A DNA stretch of 64,000 nucleotides, from NCBI GenBank assembly GCA_963817915.1, contig CAWFQL010000017.1:529704-593703 (forward strand). The letters run 5' to 3'. Position numbers and translations under genes: made by a program. Source of the DNA: an uncultured candidate division Zixibacteria bacterium. GTDB taxonomy: Bacteria; Zixibacteria; MSB-5A5; UBA10806. Positions 45,780 to 57,140 of this stretch are shown here, piece after piece. Every line of letters begins with the position of its first letter. The stretch's first letter is position 1. The notes under the pieces are model-generated. The model was not told where the DNA came from. It ran no database searches and was given only the letters and a program-made list of their open reading frames with translations.

Positions 45780-46060
45780 ATGCTTTTCAATAAGACAAAG
45801 AAGATTTCCGAAGACGTTTCCGAAGAACTTATCGCTGATTCTGACTACTCGAAGTCAGATTTATCTGGATATGGTCAAAGCAGCGTTGGAGGAGGAAAAT
45901 ATTCCTGTTTTACTGAAATCTATAACTGGTTACCATAATCGCGGCATGTTGCCATTTGAACAAGGTTTCTTCGATTATAGGCTCTATGTTGTTAAGCAAT
46001 TTGAACAGACGAGGCCGGGAAATTGTCGAGACGATAGTTCCACCGGAGGAGATTTTATGA
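45780..46060 (+). CDS. DUF2007-like small protein (frameshifted)
   Basis: DMVKAALEEENIPVLLKS...YRLYV...EIV; stop overlaps the next ATG. Confidence 0.5.
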
Positions 46061-46911
46061 AATATATGATGAAATTTACAGTATTTACATTAATACTTAT
46101 CGCGCTTAGTTGCAGCACACAGAAAAGACCTATTCCAACGAAAATTGAATTCAAAGACTAATTTCGAGGCTGCCAAGGCATTGGCATTGGAAACCAATCG
46201 GCCAATGATAATCGATTTCTATACCGATTGGTGCAAATGGTGCAAGACTCTTGATACCCTCACATATAAAGACTCACTTGTAATCGGTTTGTCATTGGAT
46301 AATGTTTTCGTGAAAATCAACGCCGAAGTCGATACGGCATTGGCGAGAAAATATGCTGTTTCGGGTTATCCGACAATCGTGCTGACCAAATCCAATGGTG
46401 AAGAGATCGATCGAATCTGGGGGTATATGCCGCCGGCCGATTTCTACAATCAAATCCAGCTTTATATGCAGGGCAAAGAAACAATGACCGATTATCAGAA
46501 TCGCTTGCAGGATGAGCCCGAAAATCTCGAATATCTCTCGATCGTAGCTGAAAAATATGCCGGCAAATCCCAATACGCGAAAGCGATTGAAATCAATAAC
46601 AAGATCATTCAGCTCGATCCTGAAAATCAGCAGGGATACGGCTATAAGGCCTGGGAATCGCTTGTATGATACTTACGGCAGAGCAAAAGACTTCAAAAAT
46701 GCCGTCAAGACCTGCCAGGAAATAATCAGTAAATATCCCAATACCCCGAATGTCGGATGATGCCTTCGCGATGTCCGCGTATTATACCGCCCAGGATAGT
46801 GATTCCAGCGGAGCCCTGGCGCTTTACCGCGAATATCTGGTGAAATACCCGCAAGGCGGCAATCTTGAATGGGTCAAAAAACGATTAGCGGATATGGAAG
46901 GGAATCAATAG
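46057..46911 (+). CDS. Lipoprotein with thioredoxin (WCKWC) and TPR domains (frameshifted)
   Basis: Lipobox ALSC; IDFYTDWCKWCK; GYPT; TPR-like C-terminus across frames. Confidence 0.75.
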
Positions 46912-46913
46912 AT

Positions 46914-48383
46914 ATGACTGCATTTTACGATAAATTAATATTCGATTTTTCTACCGAAGGTACAGAAGGGATATCGCTTCCCGAATGCGATGTACCCTCT
47001 GTTTCGCCGGGCGATGTTATTCCGTCTGAATATTTGCGAAAAGAACTGCCAAATCTTCCTTCGGTTTCCGAGCCGGAAGTGATTCGACATTTCGTATCGC
47101 TTTCGCTGAAAAATCACCACATCGATAAGGGATTTTATCCACTGGGCTCATGCACAATGAAATATAACCCTCGAGTCAATGAAAAACTCTCGAGGCTGTC
47201 GGGATTCACCGACGCGCATCCTCATTCGCCCGATGAGGCCTTGCAAGGGACTTTAGCGCTGTATTACAAAATGCAGGAAATGCTCGCTGAAATCTGCGGC
47301 ATGGATGCCGTAACTCTTCAACCTGTAGCCGGAGCGCATGGTGAATTTACGGCGCTATTGATGATTCGCGCCTATCATGAGAGTCAAAAAAGAAAACCGA
47401 CCAAAGTCGTATTGCCCGATTCGGCGCATGGCACCAATCCTGCCTCGGTCGTAATGGCAGGATATGAAGTTGTTCAGATACCTTCCAACTCCAATGGCTT
47501 TGTCGATCTCGATAAATTAATGGCAGTCTGCAATGATGACATGGCGGCATTCATGCTCACCAATCCGAATACCTTAGGCTTATTCGAGCCGGAAATTCAG
47601 AAGATCGCGCATTTTGTTCATCAATGCGGGGCCATGCTCTACATGGATGGAGCCAATCTCAACGCCCTGCTTGGCATCACTCGTCCCGGCGATATGGGAT
47701 TCGATGTTGTTCATTTTAATATGCATAAGACATTCTCGACACCTCACGGCGGAGGCGGCCCGGGCGCGGGAGCCCTCGGAGTAAAATCCAATCTGGAACC
47801 GTTCATGCCGAGCCCTATTGTGGCCAAAAAGCAGGATCGCAAGGGGAATGATCTCTATTATCATGATTACAAAAGATCCTTATCGATAGGCAGAGTGCAT
47901 GGTTTCAATGGCAATGCCGCTAATGTAATCCGAGCGTATTGCTATATTCTGCAGAATGGCGCGCAAGGACTTTCCGAAATTTCTGAAGCCGCCATTACCA
48001 ATGCCACCTATCTTCGCGAAAAACTCCGCAAGAGATTCGATCTGCCATACGATGGGCATACCATGCATGAATTCGTCCTTTCCGGCAATCGCCAAAAGAA
48101 TCTCGGTATTCGTACTGCAGATATGGCTAAACGAATTCTCGATTTTGGGATTCACGCTCCGACAGTCTATTTTCCATTGATAGTGCCGGAAGCAATGATG
48201 ATCGAGCCGACCGAGAGCGAAAGCAAAGCCACTCTTGATAATTTCATTGAAGTGATGAATCAGATCGCCGATGAAGTTGAGAATAACCCGGAATTGGTTC
48301 ATTCCGCGCCCCATAACACTCCCGTGCTTCGTTTAGATGAAGCGTTGGCGGCCCGTGAACCCGATATCTGTTATCAGGGATAG
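46914..48383 (+). CDS. gcvPB: Glycine dehydrogenase subunit 2
   Basis: YPLGSCTMKYNP, SAHGTNPAS, HKTFSTPHGGGGPG. Confidence 0.95.
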   Translation: MTAFYDKLIFDFSTEGTEGISLPECDVPSVSPGDVIPSEYLRKELPNLPSVSEPEVIRHFVSLSLKNHHIDKGFYPLGSCTMKYNPRVNEKLSRLSGFTDAHPHSPDEALQGTLALYYKMQEMLAEICGMDAVTLQPVAGAHGEFTALLMIRAYHESQKRKPTKVVLPDSAHGTNPASVVMAGYEVVQIPSNSNGFVDLDKLMAVCNDDMAAFMLTNPNTLGLFEPEIQKIAHFVHQCGAMLYMDGANLNALLGITRPGDMGFDVVHFNMHKTFSTPHGGGGPGAGALGVKSNLEPFMPSPIVAKKQDRKGNDLYYHDYKRSLSIGRVHGFNGNAANVIRAYCYILQNGAQGLSEISEAAITNATYLREKLRKRFDLPYDGHTMHEFVLSGNRQKNLGIRTADMAKRILDFGIHAPTVYFPLIVPEAMMIEPTESESKATLDNFIEVMNQIADEVENNPELVHSAPHNTPVLRLDEALAAREPDICYQG

Positions 48384-48393
48384 TATAAGTCAA

Positions 48394-48419
48394 GTAGGGG
48401 CGAGGTTTCTCGCCCCTGC
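48394..48419. repeat. GTAG REP
   Basis: GTAGGGGCGAG-GTTT-CTCGCCCCTGC. Confidence 0.75.
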
Positions 48420-48476
48420 AATTTGTCAGATGATAATATCAAATAATATCACCCCCAACAATCTGGGGGCTTTTTT

Positions 48477-50159
48477 ATGATTGAAATTCAAGACCTAAGC
48501 GTCAAATACAGGCACGACGGCAAAACGTTCGAAGCCTTGTCGTCACTCAATTTAAAAATTGAATACGGCGACTATCTGGCTATCATAGGTCCCAATGGCT
48601 CCGGCAAATCGACATTGGTAAAAGCCCTTTGCGGACTTATTGTCCCTGATAGCGGGTCAATTACTATCATGGGTCAGAAGGTCATCCCGGGAAATTTCGG
48701 GCGCGACTTTTTCGCTAAAGTCGCACTTGTTTTTCAAGAGCCTCAGGGGCAATTCCTGATGCCATCCGTGGAAATCGAAATCAAAACCGTTCTGGAAAAT
48801 CTCGGACTAACTATAGAAAAGCAAAGATTGAAGTTTAATGAAATCGTACATGATTTTTCGTTATCGGAAATAATCTATTCCAAACCCGATGAGCTATCGG
48901 GCGGGCAGATGCAGATAGTCAACCTTGCGTGCGCGCTGGCGGTTAGCCCTCAAGTATTAATTCTCGATGAGCCGACCACATTTTTGGATCCCTCATATCG
49001 AAAGCAGCTGCTTGATTTTCTCGAAAAATTCCATCATGACGGTCTGACAGTAATTCATGTCACACAATATCCCGATGAAGCCCTGCGTGCCGATAAAGTC
49101 TGCATCATTGACAGAGGCATTCTGGCGATTGCCGGTAAATCGGCCGAAATTCTTTCATCCGAACAAGTCCTATCGGCTCATGGTATCTCAATACCCCAGA
49201 AGATTAGCTGTCGAAAGTATCTTGGTATTAATCTTGAAAGTGATGAAGAGCTGGCGTCATTTGAGAAATCATTAAAGACTGCCGAAGCCGTAAAATCTAA
49301 ATCAGGTGTTCTGTCAAATGCAGGGGTAGCTGAAGTAATCTCGATTCAGGATCTTAAATTCTCATATCGCAAAAACGGATTCCTGCTCGATATCCCGGAA
49401 TTAAAATTGCGCAAAAATGAAATTACCGCTCTTATCGGCCCTACCGGCTGCGGCAAATCTACATTGGCATGGCTGATTTCGGGTTTGATAAAGCCGCATT
49501 CCGGACAATTAGCACTATCTGGCAAGCCGCTTACGACTTATTCAAATATCGATTTGCGTAAGATGATTGGTCTAACATGGCAGCTTCCCGATCTGGCATT
49601 GATTGGGCCGACAATCGAGGATGACTTAATATTCAGCCTTGAAAATCTTGGTATCGATAATGCCGATATTTCTGATATTTTATCGCGGGTTAGGCTGTCT
49701 GGATTCGAAAATCGTATTGTCGATTCACTTTCGGGCGGGGAGAAGCGAAAACTCCAAATCGCCAATATCCTCGCGACTAACCCCCAAATAATCATCCTCG
49801 ATGAGCCATCGGCATTTCTCGATCCAATGTCCCAGGCAGAGCTCGCAGACATTATTAAATCATTTAAATCAGTTGACCGCAGTTTGCTGGTCATAGGTCA
49901 TGATCTTCATTTTATTTCGGATGTGGCGGATAGAGTTATCGGAATGCAGGCCGGCTTGATTAAATATGATGTTCCTTCTAACGAGTTTTTTGATAACCCG
50001 GAATATTTATCGAAAATTGATATGCCGGTAGATCCAGCTATTAAATTAAGACAGGCCATAATGAAGAAAAATATTCTGCTGCCATTCTCATCGCTCAATA
50101 TCTCAAAAATCGCGGATTATCTGAAAAACAATGGGTTTATCTCGACTGATTTTTCTTGA
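48477..50159 (+). CDS. Duplicated ABC ATPase, ECF (EcfA-A') type
   Basis: Two Walker A motifs (GPNGSGKS, GPTGCGKS), LSGG twice, DEP twice. Confidence 0.85.
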   Translation: MIEIQDLSVKYRHDGKTFEALSSLNLKIEYGDYLAIIGPNGSGKSTLVKALCGLIVPDSGSITIMGQKVIPGNFGRDFFAKVALVFQEPQGQFLMPSVEIEIKTVLENLGLTIEKQRLKFNEIVHDFSLSEIIYSKPDELSGGQMQIVNLACALAVSPQVLILDEPTTFLDPSYRKQLLDFLEKFHHDGLTVIHVTQYPDEALRADKVCIIDRGILAIAGKSAEILSSEQVLSAHGISIPQKISCRKYLGINLESDEELASFEKSLKTAEAVKSKSGVLSNAGVAEVISIQDLKFSYRKNGFLLDIPELKLRKNEITALIGPTGCGKSTLAWLISGLIKPHSGQLALSGKPLTTYSNIDLRKMIGLTWQLPDLALIGPTIEDDLIFSLENLGIDNADISDILSRVRLSGFENRIVDSLSGGEKRKLQIANILATNPQIIILDEPSAFLDPMSQAELADIIKSFKSVDRSLLVIGHDLHFISDVADRVIGMQAGLIKYDVPSNEFFDNPEYLSKIDMPVDPAIKLRQAIMKKNILLPFSSLNISKIADYLKNNGFISTDFS

Positions 50160-50195
50160 CAATATATGATACTGAAATTAAATAATTCCAGCCTG

Positions 50196-50271
50196 AACGT
50201 TTAATATGACTGGGGCATTTTTCATGACAAATTTCAGAGAGAATAGAATCCGCCGGACAGGCGGTTTTTTT
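50196..50271 (+). promoter_or_regulatory. Putative PyrR attenuator leader
   Basis: TTTAA, stem with CAGAGA loop (50231-50244), terminator CCGCC/GGCGG+T7; TTGACA at 50156. Confidence 0.55.
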
Positions 50272-50316
50272 CAATAATAATGTCAATATTAATGATAAAA
50301 TAAAAACGGAGGTTCA

Positions 50317-50874
50317 ATGCCTAAAAATAGCGCGGTTGTAATCATGAATGAGATGTCGATCAGCCTGGCAATCAGCAGGATCGCCCATGAAATTATCGAG
50401 CGCAATCAGGGCACTGAGAATGTCGCCATTATCGGCATCCGCACCCGAGGCGCGATAATTGCCGAACGGTTGGCCGATGCCTTAACCAAAATCGGCAAAA
50501 TCGCCGTGCCTGTGGGTATTCTCGATATCACTCTCTATAGAGACGATGTCCAGGATAAGCTCGATCAGCCGATTTTGCAAAAAACCGAAATTCTCTTCGA
50601 TATCGCCGATAGAACTGTCGTCTTAGTTGACGACGTATTATTTACCGGACGAACCATTCGCGCCGCTCTCGATGGCATAATCGATCTCGGCAGACCCCGT
50701 TCAATTCAATTGGCCGTTCTCGTAGATAGGGGTCATAGAGAGCTTCCGATTGGCGCGGATTATGTCGGCAAGATCGTGCCAACATCGCATAAGGAGCGGG
50801 TCGAGGTTCATCTCAAAGAGCAGGACGGCATGGATGATGTGATTATCGATAGAAGCGGAAGGGGAGGAGCATGA
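50317..50874 (+). CDS. pyrR: Bifunctional pyr operon regulator/UPRTase
   Basis: [42 protein letters not shown]. Confidence 0.95.
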   Translation: MPKNSAVVIMNEMSISLAISRIAHEIIERNQGTENVAIIGIRTRGAIIAERLADALTKIGKIAVPVGILDITLYRDDVQDKLDQPILQKTEILFDIADRTVVLVDDVLFTGRTIRAALDGIIDLGRPRSIQLAVLVDRGHRELPIGADYVGKIVPTSHKERVEVHLKEQDGMDDVIIDRSGRGGA

Positions 50875-51810
50875 GCCTTAAATCCCGCCATCTTCTCGGA
50901 CTCGAAGGCGTGCCCGAAGAAGATATTACACTTATTCTGAATACGGCCATGTCGTTCAAGGAGATATTAACCCGCAAAATTCCAAAGGTTCCGACATTGC
51001 GCGGTATCACGGTTGTGAATCTTTTTTACGAGGCCTCCACCCGCACCAGAATCTCATTCGAACTGGCTGAAAAGAGACTTTCAGCCGATACGATCAATTT
51101 CTCGGCGTCCGGCTCGTCTGTTTCCAAAGGTGAAAGTCTTAAAGACACTATACAGAATATCGAGGCCATGAAAATCGATATGGTTGTTATTCGACATCAA
51201 TCATCGGGCGCGCCGCATTACCTTACAACTTGTTGCGAGTCTGCGGTCATCAATGCCGGCGACGGCACTCATGAGCATCCTACACAAGGGCTTCTTGATA
51301 TGTACACTATCAGGGAAAAATACGGCCGCCTCGAAGGGCTGAAAGTAGTCATTGTAGGTGATATCAAGCATTCCCGCGTAGCCCGCTCCAATATCTGGGG
51401 ACTGCTCACGATGGGTGCCAAAGTCGCCATCTGCGGCCCGCCGACCCTATTGCCTATGGAAGTAGAAAAGTTCGGTGTTGATGTCTACGACAATCTCGAT
51501 GAGGCGATTGAGGGCGCCGATGTCATCAACGTGCTTCGTCTCCAAAAAGAAAGACAAAAAGCTGGTTTGCTGCCATCGCTGACGAGAATACAGTCGTTAT
51601 TACGGTATCACTGAAGAACGATTGAAAAAACTCAATGACAACTTCACAATAATGCACCCCGGGCCGATGAACAGGGGAGTCGAAATATCATCCGAAGTGG
51701 CCGAGGGCCCTTATTCATTAATTCTGCGCCAGGTCACCAATGGTGTCGCGGTTCGCATGGCAATATTATACCTGCTCTCGGGCGGAAAGGGGAAAGTCGA
51801 TGAAGAATGA
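50871..51810 (+). CDS. pyrB: Aspartate carbamoyltransferase (indel near 51585)
   Basis: [25 protein letters not shown]. Confidence 0.95.
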
Positions 51811-53090
51811 TCTCATACTAACCGGCGGGCGAATGATCGATCCCCATTCCGGATTTGTTGGAACTGCAACTATCCATGTCGCCGATGGCAAAATAACGAA
51901 AGTCGAGAAGCGGAAAAAAGAAACGGCCACGGGTAAGAATGTTATCGATCTCGATGGATTGATATTATGCCCGGGATTTATCGATATGCATGTTCACCTG
52001 CGCGAGCCGGGTCGAGAAGACGAAGAGACTATCATATCAGGCGCGCAGGCCGCGGCAGCCGGTGGATTTACTTCGATCGCCTGCATGCCCAATACAACGC
52101 CTGCACTGGATAACGCTGAATCGATCAAGTATGTAATCGAAAAAGCTAAATTAGCGTGTATTCGTGTTTACCCTGTCGGGGCGATTACAGTCGGACGAAA
52201 GGGAGAATCCCTGACCGAAATGATGGAGATGAAGGACACCGGCGCGGTAGCTTTTTCGGATGACGGCTCACGGGCTTCAAAATAATGAACTCATGCGCCG
52301 CTCCTTAGAATATATCCGCACCTGCAATGTCCCGATTATTTCTCATTGCGAATATTCCGATCTCGCCGCCGATGGTGTCATGAATGAAGGATATATTTCT
52401 TCTCTGCTCGGCTTGCGTGGGATTCCTTCGATCGCCGAAGAGCTCATGGTTGCCCGCGATATTATGCTGGCCGAATATACAAAGAGCCGCATCCATATCG
52501 CCCATGTATCCACTGCCGGATCGGTGGATTTAATCCGTCGAGCAAAGAAGGCCAAGCTCAATGTTACCGCCGAGGCGACACCGCATCATTTCACCCTTAC
52601 TGATGATCTGATAAAATCATACGACACCAATCTCAAAGTCAATCCTCCACTCCGCACGAAGAAGGATGTCGATGCGATTAAGAAAGGGCTTAAAGAAGGT
52701 ATCATCGATGCCATCGCCACAGACCATGCGCCGCATTCGATCGAAGAAAAGGAATTGGAATTCGATTATGCACCATTCGGAATGATCGGTCTTGAGACTG
52801 CAGTCGGGCTTGTAATAACAGAACTGATCGAAACCGAGATTCTCACATGGCCGGAGGCGGTTGCGGCGTTATCATTGGCCCCTGCCGCGATTTTGAATCT
52901 CCCCGGCGGGACATTCGAAAAAGGCGCGCCTGCTGATTTTACGGTAATTAATCCCGATATGGAATGGACAGTCCGAGTCGGCGAATTCAAATCGCTTGCG
53001 AAAAATTCGCCATTCAACGGCCGCAAGCTCAAGGGCCGCGCGGTCATGACCATAGTCGGCGGCAAAATCGTCCATTCTTGCTTGTTGTAG
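51800..53090 (+). CDS. pyrC: Dihydroorotase (indel near 52270)
   Basis: [28 protein letters not shown]. Confidence 0.93.
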
Positions 53091-53103
53091 ACGCTGGAAA
53101 GCT

Positions 53104-53133
53104 GTAGGGCGGAACCCCCGTGGTTCCGCCTGC
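53104..53133 (+). repeat. REP upstream of RAYT
   Basis: GTAG-GGCGGAACC-CCCGT-GGTTCCGCC. Confidence 0.9.
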
Positions 53134-53188
53134 ATGTAAAAAACGAGTCAGATTCACAAGAATTCATAATTACCAGGAGCGATCAAAA

Positions 53189-53701
53189 TTGAGAAATGTA
53201 AGACGTTATTTCAAGCGAGGCCAAATTTGCTTTGTCACTCACGTAACATATGGCCGACTCCCCTTGCTTGTGGATAACTTTGATTTGCTATGGCAATCTT
53301 TTGAAACCCATATGCAGAAACTGGAATTTGAATTGATTGCTTGGGTCGTATTGCCTGATCATTGGCACGCCATAATCGATCCACAAATGAATGATATGCC
53401 TTCTTTGATGAAAAAAATTAAATTAAGCTTTTCGGCTTTATATCGCAAACGAGTTGAAGCCCGATCAATGAGGATATGGCAAAGCCGATATTGGGATCAT
53501 ATTATCAGAGATCAAAATGATTTTAATCGGCATATTGATTATATTCATTATAATCCAATAAAACATAAAATCGCAACAATGCCATTGGAGTATGAATATT
53601 CGTCTTTTCGCGAATATTACGACGACGGCATTTATAATGAAGATTGGGCTGTATTTAAGAAAGTTGAATTGAATGGTGATTTTGGAGAAAGCTTGAAATG
53701 A
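53189..53701 (+). mobile_element. rayT: REP-associated tyrosine transposase (RAYT/TnpA-REP, HUH Y1)
   Basis: FVTHVT..R, AWVVLPDHWHAI (HUH), WQSRYWDHIIRD, YIHYNPIKH, YSSF; flanked by REPs. Confidence 0.92.
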
Positions 53702-53702
53702 A

Positions 53703-53771
53703 GTAGGGCGGAACTCCTGTAGTTCCGCCTGTATACAAATAATAGTCCGAACCACAGGGGTTCGGACCTAC
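53703..53771. repeat. REPIN (inverted REP doublet) downstream of RAYT
   Basis: GTAG-GGCGGAACT-CCTGT-AGTTCCGCC and inverted GTAG-GTCCGAACC-CCTGT-GGTTCGGAC. Confidence 0.9.
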
Positions 53772-53788
53772 TTAAGACAAACCAAGCA

Positions 53789-54778
53789 ATGGATATTCAA
53801 TCAAAACTCGGATTTACTCCCATCCGCTGGGAGGATAATGGCATTATCATTCTTGACCAGCGCCTGCTGCCTGTCAAAGAGGAATATCGCCGATTATCAT
53901 CTGTCAGGGATGTCGTCGCGGCCATTCGCGATCTATCTGTCCGCGGCGCGCCGCTTATTGGAATTGCGGCCGCCTATGGCATTTGCCTTGTTCAAGACCC
54001 AAATGACGAAAATGAATTACGCTCATCATGCGAATTACTAAGGAATTGCCGTCCGACCGCCGCCAATCTCGCCTGGGCAATTTACCGAATGACCAAAATC
54101 CGCAAGTCCAATCTAGCCGATAAAAACCTGCGCGAGATTCTGTTAAATGAAGCCCGCCTGATTCTTTCCGAGGATGCTCTCATGTGTGAGAGTATCGGCC
54201 ACAATGGCAATGCGCTAATTCCGCAATCATGCCGTATTCTCACCCACTGCAATACCGGCGCGCTGGCTACCGGCGGGATAGGCACTGCCCTCGGAATTAT
54301 CTATACAGCGTTTTGGTCGGGCAAAGATATAAATGTTTGGGTTGATGAGACCCGTCCAATCCTGCAAGGCTCGCGGCTGACTTCCTGGGAACTGTCAAAA
54401 GCCAAAATCCCCTATACGTTGATTTCAGACAATATGGCGGCATCGCTCATGGCTAAGGGACAAGTTGATATCGTCATCACAGGCGCGGATCGAATCGCGG
54501 CTAATGGCGATGTCGCCAATAAAATTGGCACATATAATCTCGCTGTTCTTTGCAAATATCACAAAATCCCATTTTACGTAGCGGCTCCATCGAGTACTAT
54601 CGATTCCGCTTGCCCCGACGGCAATTCCATCATCATAGAAGAACGTTCACCTGATGAGATCAAATCAATAGGCGGATATCAAATTGCGCCCGATGACGCC
54701 GGCGTCTTTAACCCCTCTTTCGACATCACTTCACGCGATCTCATTACCGCCATAATCACCGAAAAAGGCGTATCTTAA
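53789..54778 (+). CDS. mtnA: Methylthioribose-1-phosphate isomerase
   Basis: LDQRLLP, VRGAPLIG, LTHCNTGALAT, DETRP, NKIGTY. Confidence 0.95.
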   Translation: MDIQSKLGFTPIRWEDNGIIILDQRLLPVKEEYRRLSSVRDVVAAIRDLSVRGAPLIGIAAAYGICLVQDPNDENELRSSCELLRNCRPTAANLAWAIYRMTKIRKSNLADKNLREILLNEARLILSEDALMCESIGHNGNALIPQSCRILTHCNTGALATGGIGTALGIIYTAFWSGKDINVWVDETRPILQGSRLTSWELSKAKIPYTLISDNMAASLMAKGQVDIVITGADRIAANGDVANKIGTYNLAVLCKYHKIPFYVAAPSSTIDSACPDGNSIIIEERSPDEIKSIGGYQIAPDDAGVFNPSFDITSRDLITAIITEKGVS

Positions 54779-54958
54779 TTATTACTTGTGGGGGTGTTTA
54801 ATACTTTAAATCCTGTCATCCGCAAACAATGCAGAATTTAGCTCGCGGCACGCTATAAAAAACTATTTGAAAAATCGTACATTTCCTATATATTAAATCG
54901 GATACGGCATCGTATGTGATTGCGAGCAAAATCAGTTTCATGACATGGGGGTTTCTCT

Positions 54959-56251
54959 ATGTGGCGAATAATATTTATAGTCGGATTGATAAGCTCAACG
55001 CAGTTGTCGTTCGCGCAGAATGATATTCTAAAAGATAATCTTCCCACTATCCTCCAGGGCGGCGATAATATTTCAAATGCCTTTCCGATACCGTCAATCC
55101 CATTCTCTGATATTGGCACAACAGTGGGATATACCAATGATTACTCAGGCAATTGCGGAACCGATAATGGCGCGCCTGATGTCGTATATTCATTTACACC
55201 CGATTCCGATCAAATCCTAATGATATCGCTATGCCAAGCCTCGAATTTCGACACCAGGCTGTATATCTTCGATGGATTGCCGTCAGATATCGTCGCTTGT
55301 AATGACGATTACTGTTCCAATGAATTTTCGGATTTATTATCGGGAATCAATTGTGTTCTATTCTTATCCGGGCATACCTATTATATTGTTGTAGATGGAA
55401 ATGGGACAGCGTCAGGGGAATATTCCATAGATATCGGCCCTCCCACACCGGGCGCGTCAATTTTCGGCTTGGTTCGCGAATTCAATAGTGTCCCGATCTG
55501 TGGCGCGCAAATCCGGATTCTGCTTGACGGCATTCCCGTTTGGAGTGATACCTCTAACTACAACGGTTTTTTTACGGCGTTCGGACTTAATGATGGCTCT
55601 TACATGGTCGAGGCATCGAAGCCAGAATTTATCACGCAAACTCAGGGACCGTTCAATGTAATCGCCTGCCTTCCGGTTTTCGTAGATTTTTATCTCCAAC
55701 GAGTCAATCCGCCGCCCGTCGGAGCAATCGCCGGAATTGTCAGGGATTCAATCAGTCTTTCACCGATCGAAGGAGTTTTGGTTCGCGCCTTGCTGGGAAA
55801 TCAGGAGATATTTAGAGATACTACTTTAAGCGGTGGGCTTTTTTTGATGCCCGATATGCAATTGGATTTTTATGATATTGAAGCGTCGAAACTGGGATAT
55901 TTGACCAAGCTGCAACCCAATATCGAAGTCGTCATGAATGAAACGACGAATGTAGATATTTTACTGCTGGCGGTTTTTGCGCCCTGCGCCTATGTTGTCG
56001 GGGATGCCAATTGTAATAATGTCTTCAATGGCATGGATGTTACCTATAGCGTTAATTATTTCAGGGGTGGCCCTCCGCCTCCCTGGACTTGCGAATGCCC
56101 TATAGGCCATAACTGGTTTACGTCAGGCGATGTTAATGGCAGCTGCACATTTGATGGTCTCGATGTCACCTACATGGTCAATTATTTCAGGGGTGGCGCA
56201 ACACCAATACCTTGTCCCGAATGCCCATTACCAAACTATCGTACCCGATAG
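54959..56251 (+). CDS. Secreted protein with two carboxypeptidase-regulatory-like domains and C-terminal dockerin-like domain
   Basis: GAPDVVYSF..FDTRLY; EASKxxF/Y twice; duplicated GDANCNNVFNGMDVTYSVNYFRGG / GDVNGSCTFDGLDVTYMVNYFRGG. Confidence 0.75.
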   Translation: MWRIIFIVGLISSTQLSFAQNDILKDNLPTILQGGDNISNAFPIPSIPFSDIGTTVGYTNDYSGNCGTDNGAPDVVYSFTPDSDQILMISLCQASNFDTRLYIFDGLPSDIVACNDDYCSNEFSDLLSGINCVLFLSGHTYYIVVDGNGTASGEYSIDIGPPTPGASIFGLVREFNSVPICGAQIRILLDGIPVWSDTSNYNGFFTAFGLNDGSYMVEASKPEFITQTQGPFNVIACLPVFVDFYLQRVNPPPVGAIAGIVRDSISLSPIEGVLVRALLGNQEIFRDTTLSGGLFLMPDMQLDFYDIEASKLGYLTKLQPNIEVVMNETTNVDILLLAVFAPCAYVVGDANCNNVFNGMDVTYSVNYFRGGPPPPWTCECPIGHNWFTSGDVNGSCTFDGLDVTYMVNYFRGGATPIPCPECPLPNYRTR

Positions 56252-56503
56252 CCCCGCTGGATCGGAAAACATCCGCGGGGATTTGATTCATCTTACCCAT
56301 CTGAAAAATCGCGAAAATTCTGTAGGACTGTTTGATAAGACGCCCATTATATGCTCCCCAATATTATTCGAGAGAATCGCTATCCTTATCCCCATAGCTA
56401 TTTATAATTTGAATGGCCGGAACTATTCATTGGACGAGTGCGTATCCTTAGCATGATGTTGACAATGGTAATCAATTTCAACAATTATCTAAGGAGACCT
56501 CAA

Positions 56504-56887
56504 ATGGCAAATTATGCCTTCGCAATGCCGATTCTTCCCGGTAAGACTGAATTATGGAAGAAATATGTATATGAGATGAAAAACGCCCGCGGTGAGGAAT
56601 TCAAAAGATCACGCGAAAAGGGCGGTATCCGACTGGAGCAGGTATGGCTTCAAAACACGCCCATGGGGGATTTCGCGATTGTCTATTGGGATGTCGATAA
56701 CCCCAAAAAGGTATTCGATTATTTCATGAGATCGACCGACTCATTTGACATGTGGTTCAAGGATAAGATCCTCACTGAATGCCACGGAATGAAAACTGGC
56801 GACCCAATCCCGCCTATAAATGAGCAAGTGCTCGACAACAAAACCTTTGTCGGCGAGAAGACCTATGAGGAAAGCCGCAAGAGATAA
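56504..56887 (+). CDS. Hypothetical small alpha/beta protein
   Basis: AAGGAG RBS, ATG 56504; FAMPILPGK...EQVWLQ.TPMGD; followed by a terminator at 56907-56936. Confidence 0.7.
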   Translation: MANYAFAMPILPGKTELWKKYVYEMKNARGEEFKRSREKGGIRLEQVWLQNTPMGDFAIVYWDVDNPKKVFDYFMRSTDSFDMWFKDKILTECHGMKTGDPIPPINEQVLDNKTFVGEKTYEESRKR

Positions 56888-57140
56888 CCGGCTGTAATTA
56901 GATATTGGCGTCTTGCAATCGCAGGACGCCTTTTTTATTGTGTCGCATGTATGTCTCAGCTGGGGTTGGGTTCGGAATGAGTGGCAGCGATTGAAAAAAC
57001 CGACAACATATTTCAGCATAATCTTGGAGTGGCCATTTCCCCCTTTCACTTGACTTTCAGACTTAATATTCCATATTTATGATATGTGTGGAATAGGAGT
57101 TCCTGGGGCATTCAAGCAATATTAGTAAAGTGAGGCGATC

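Noticed and set aside
49510..49536. CIRCE half-site TTAGCACTA
   Set aside because: It lies inside a CDS and has no matching right arm.
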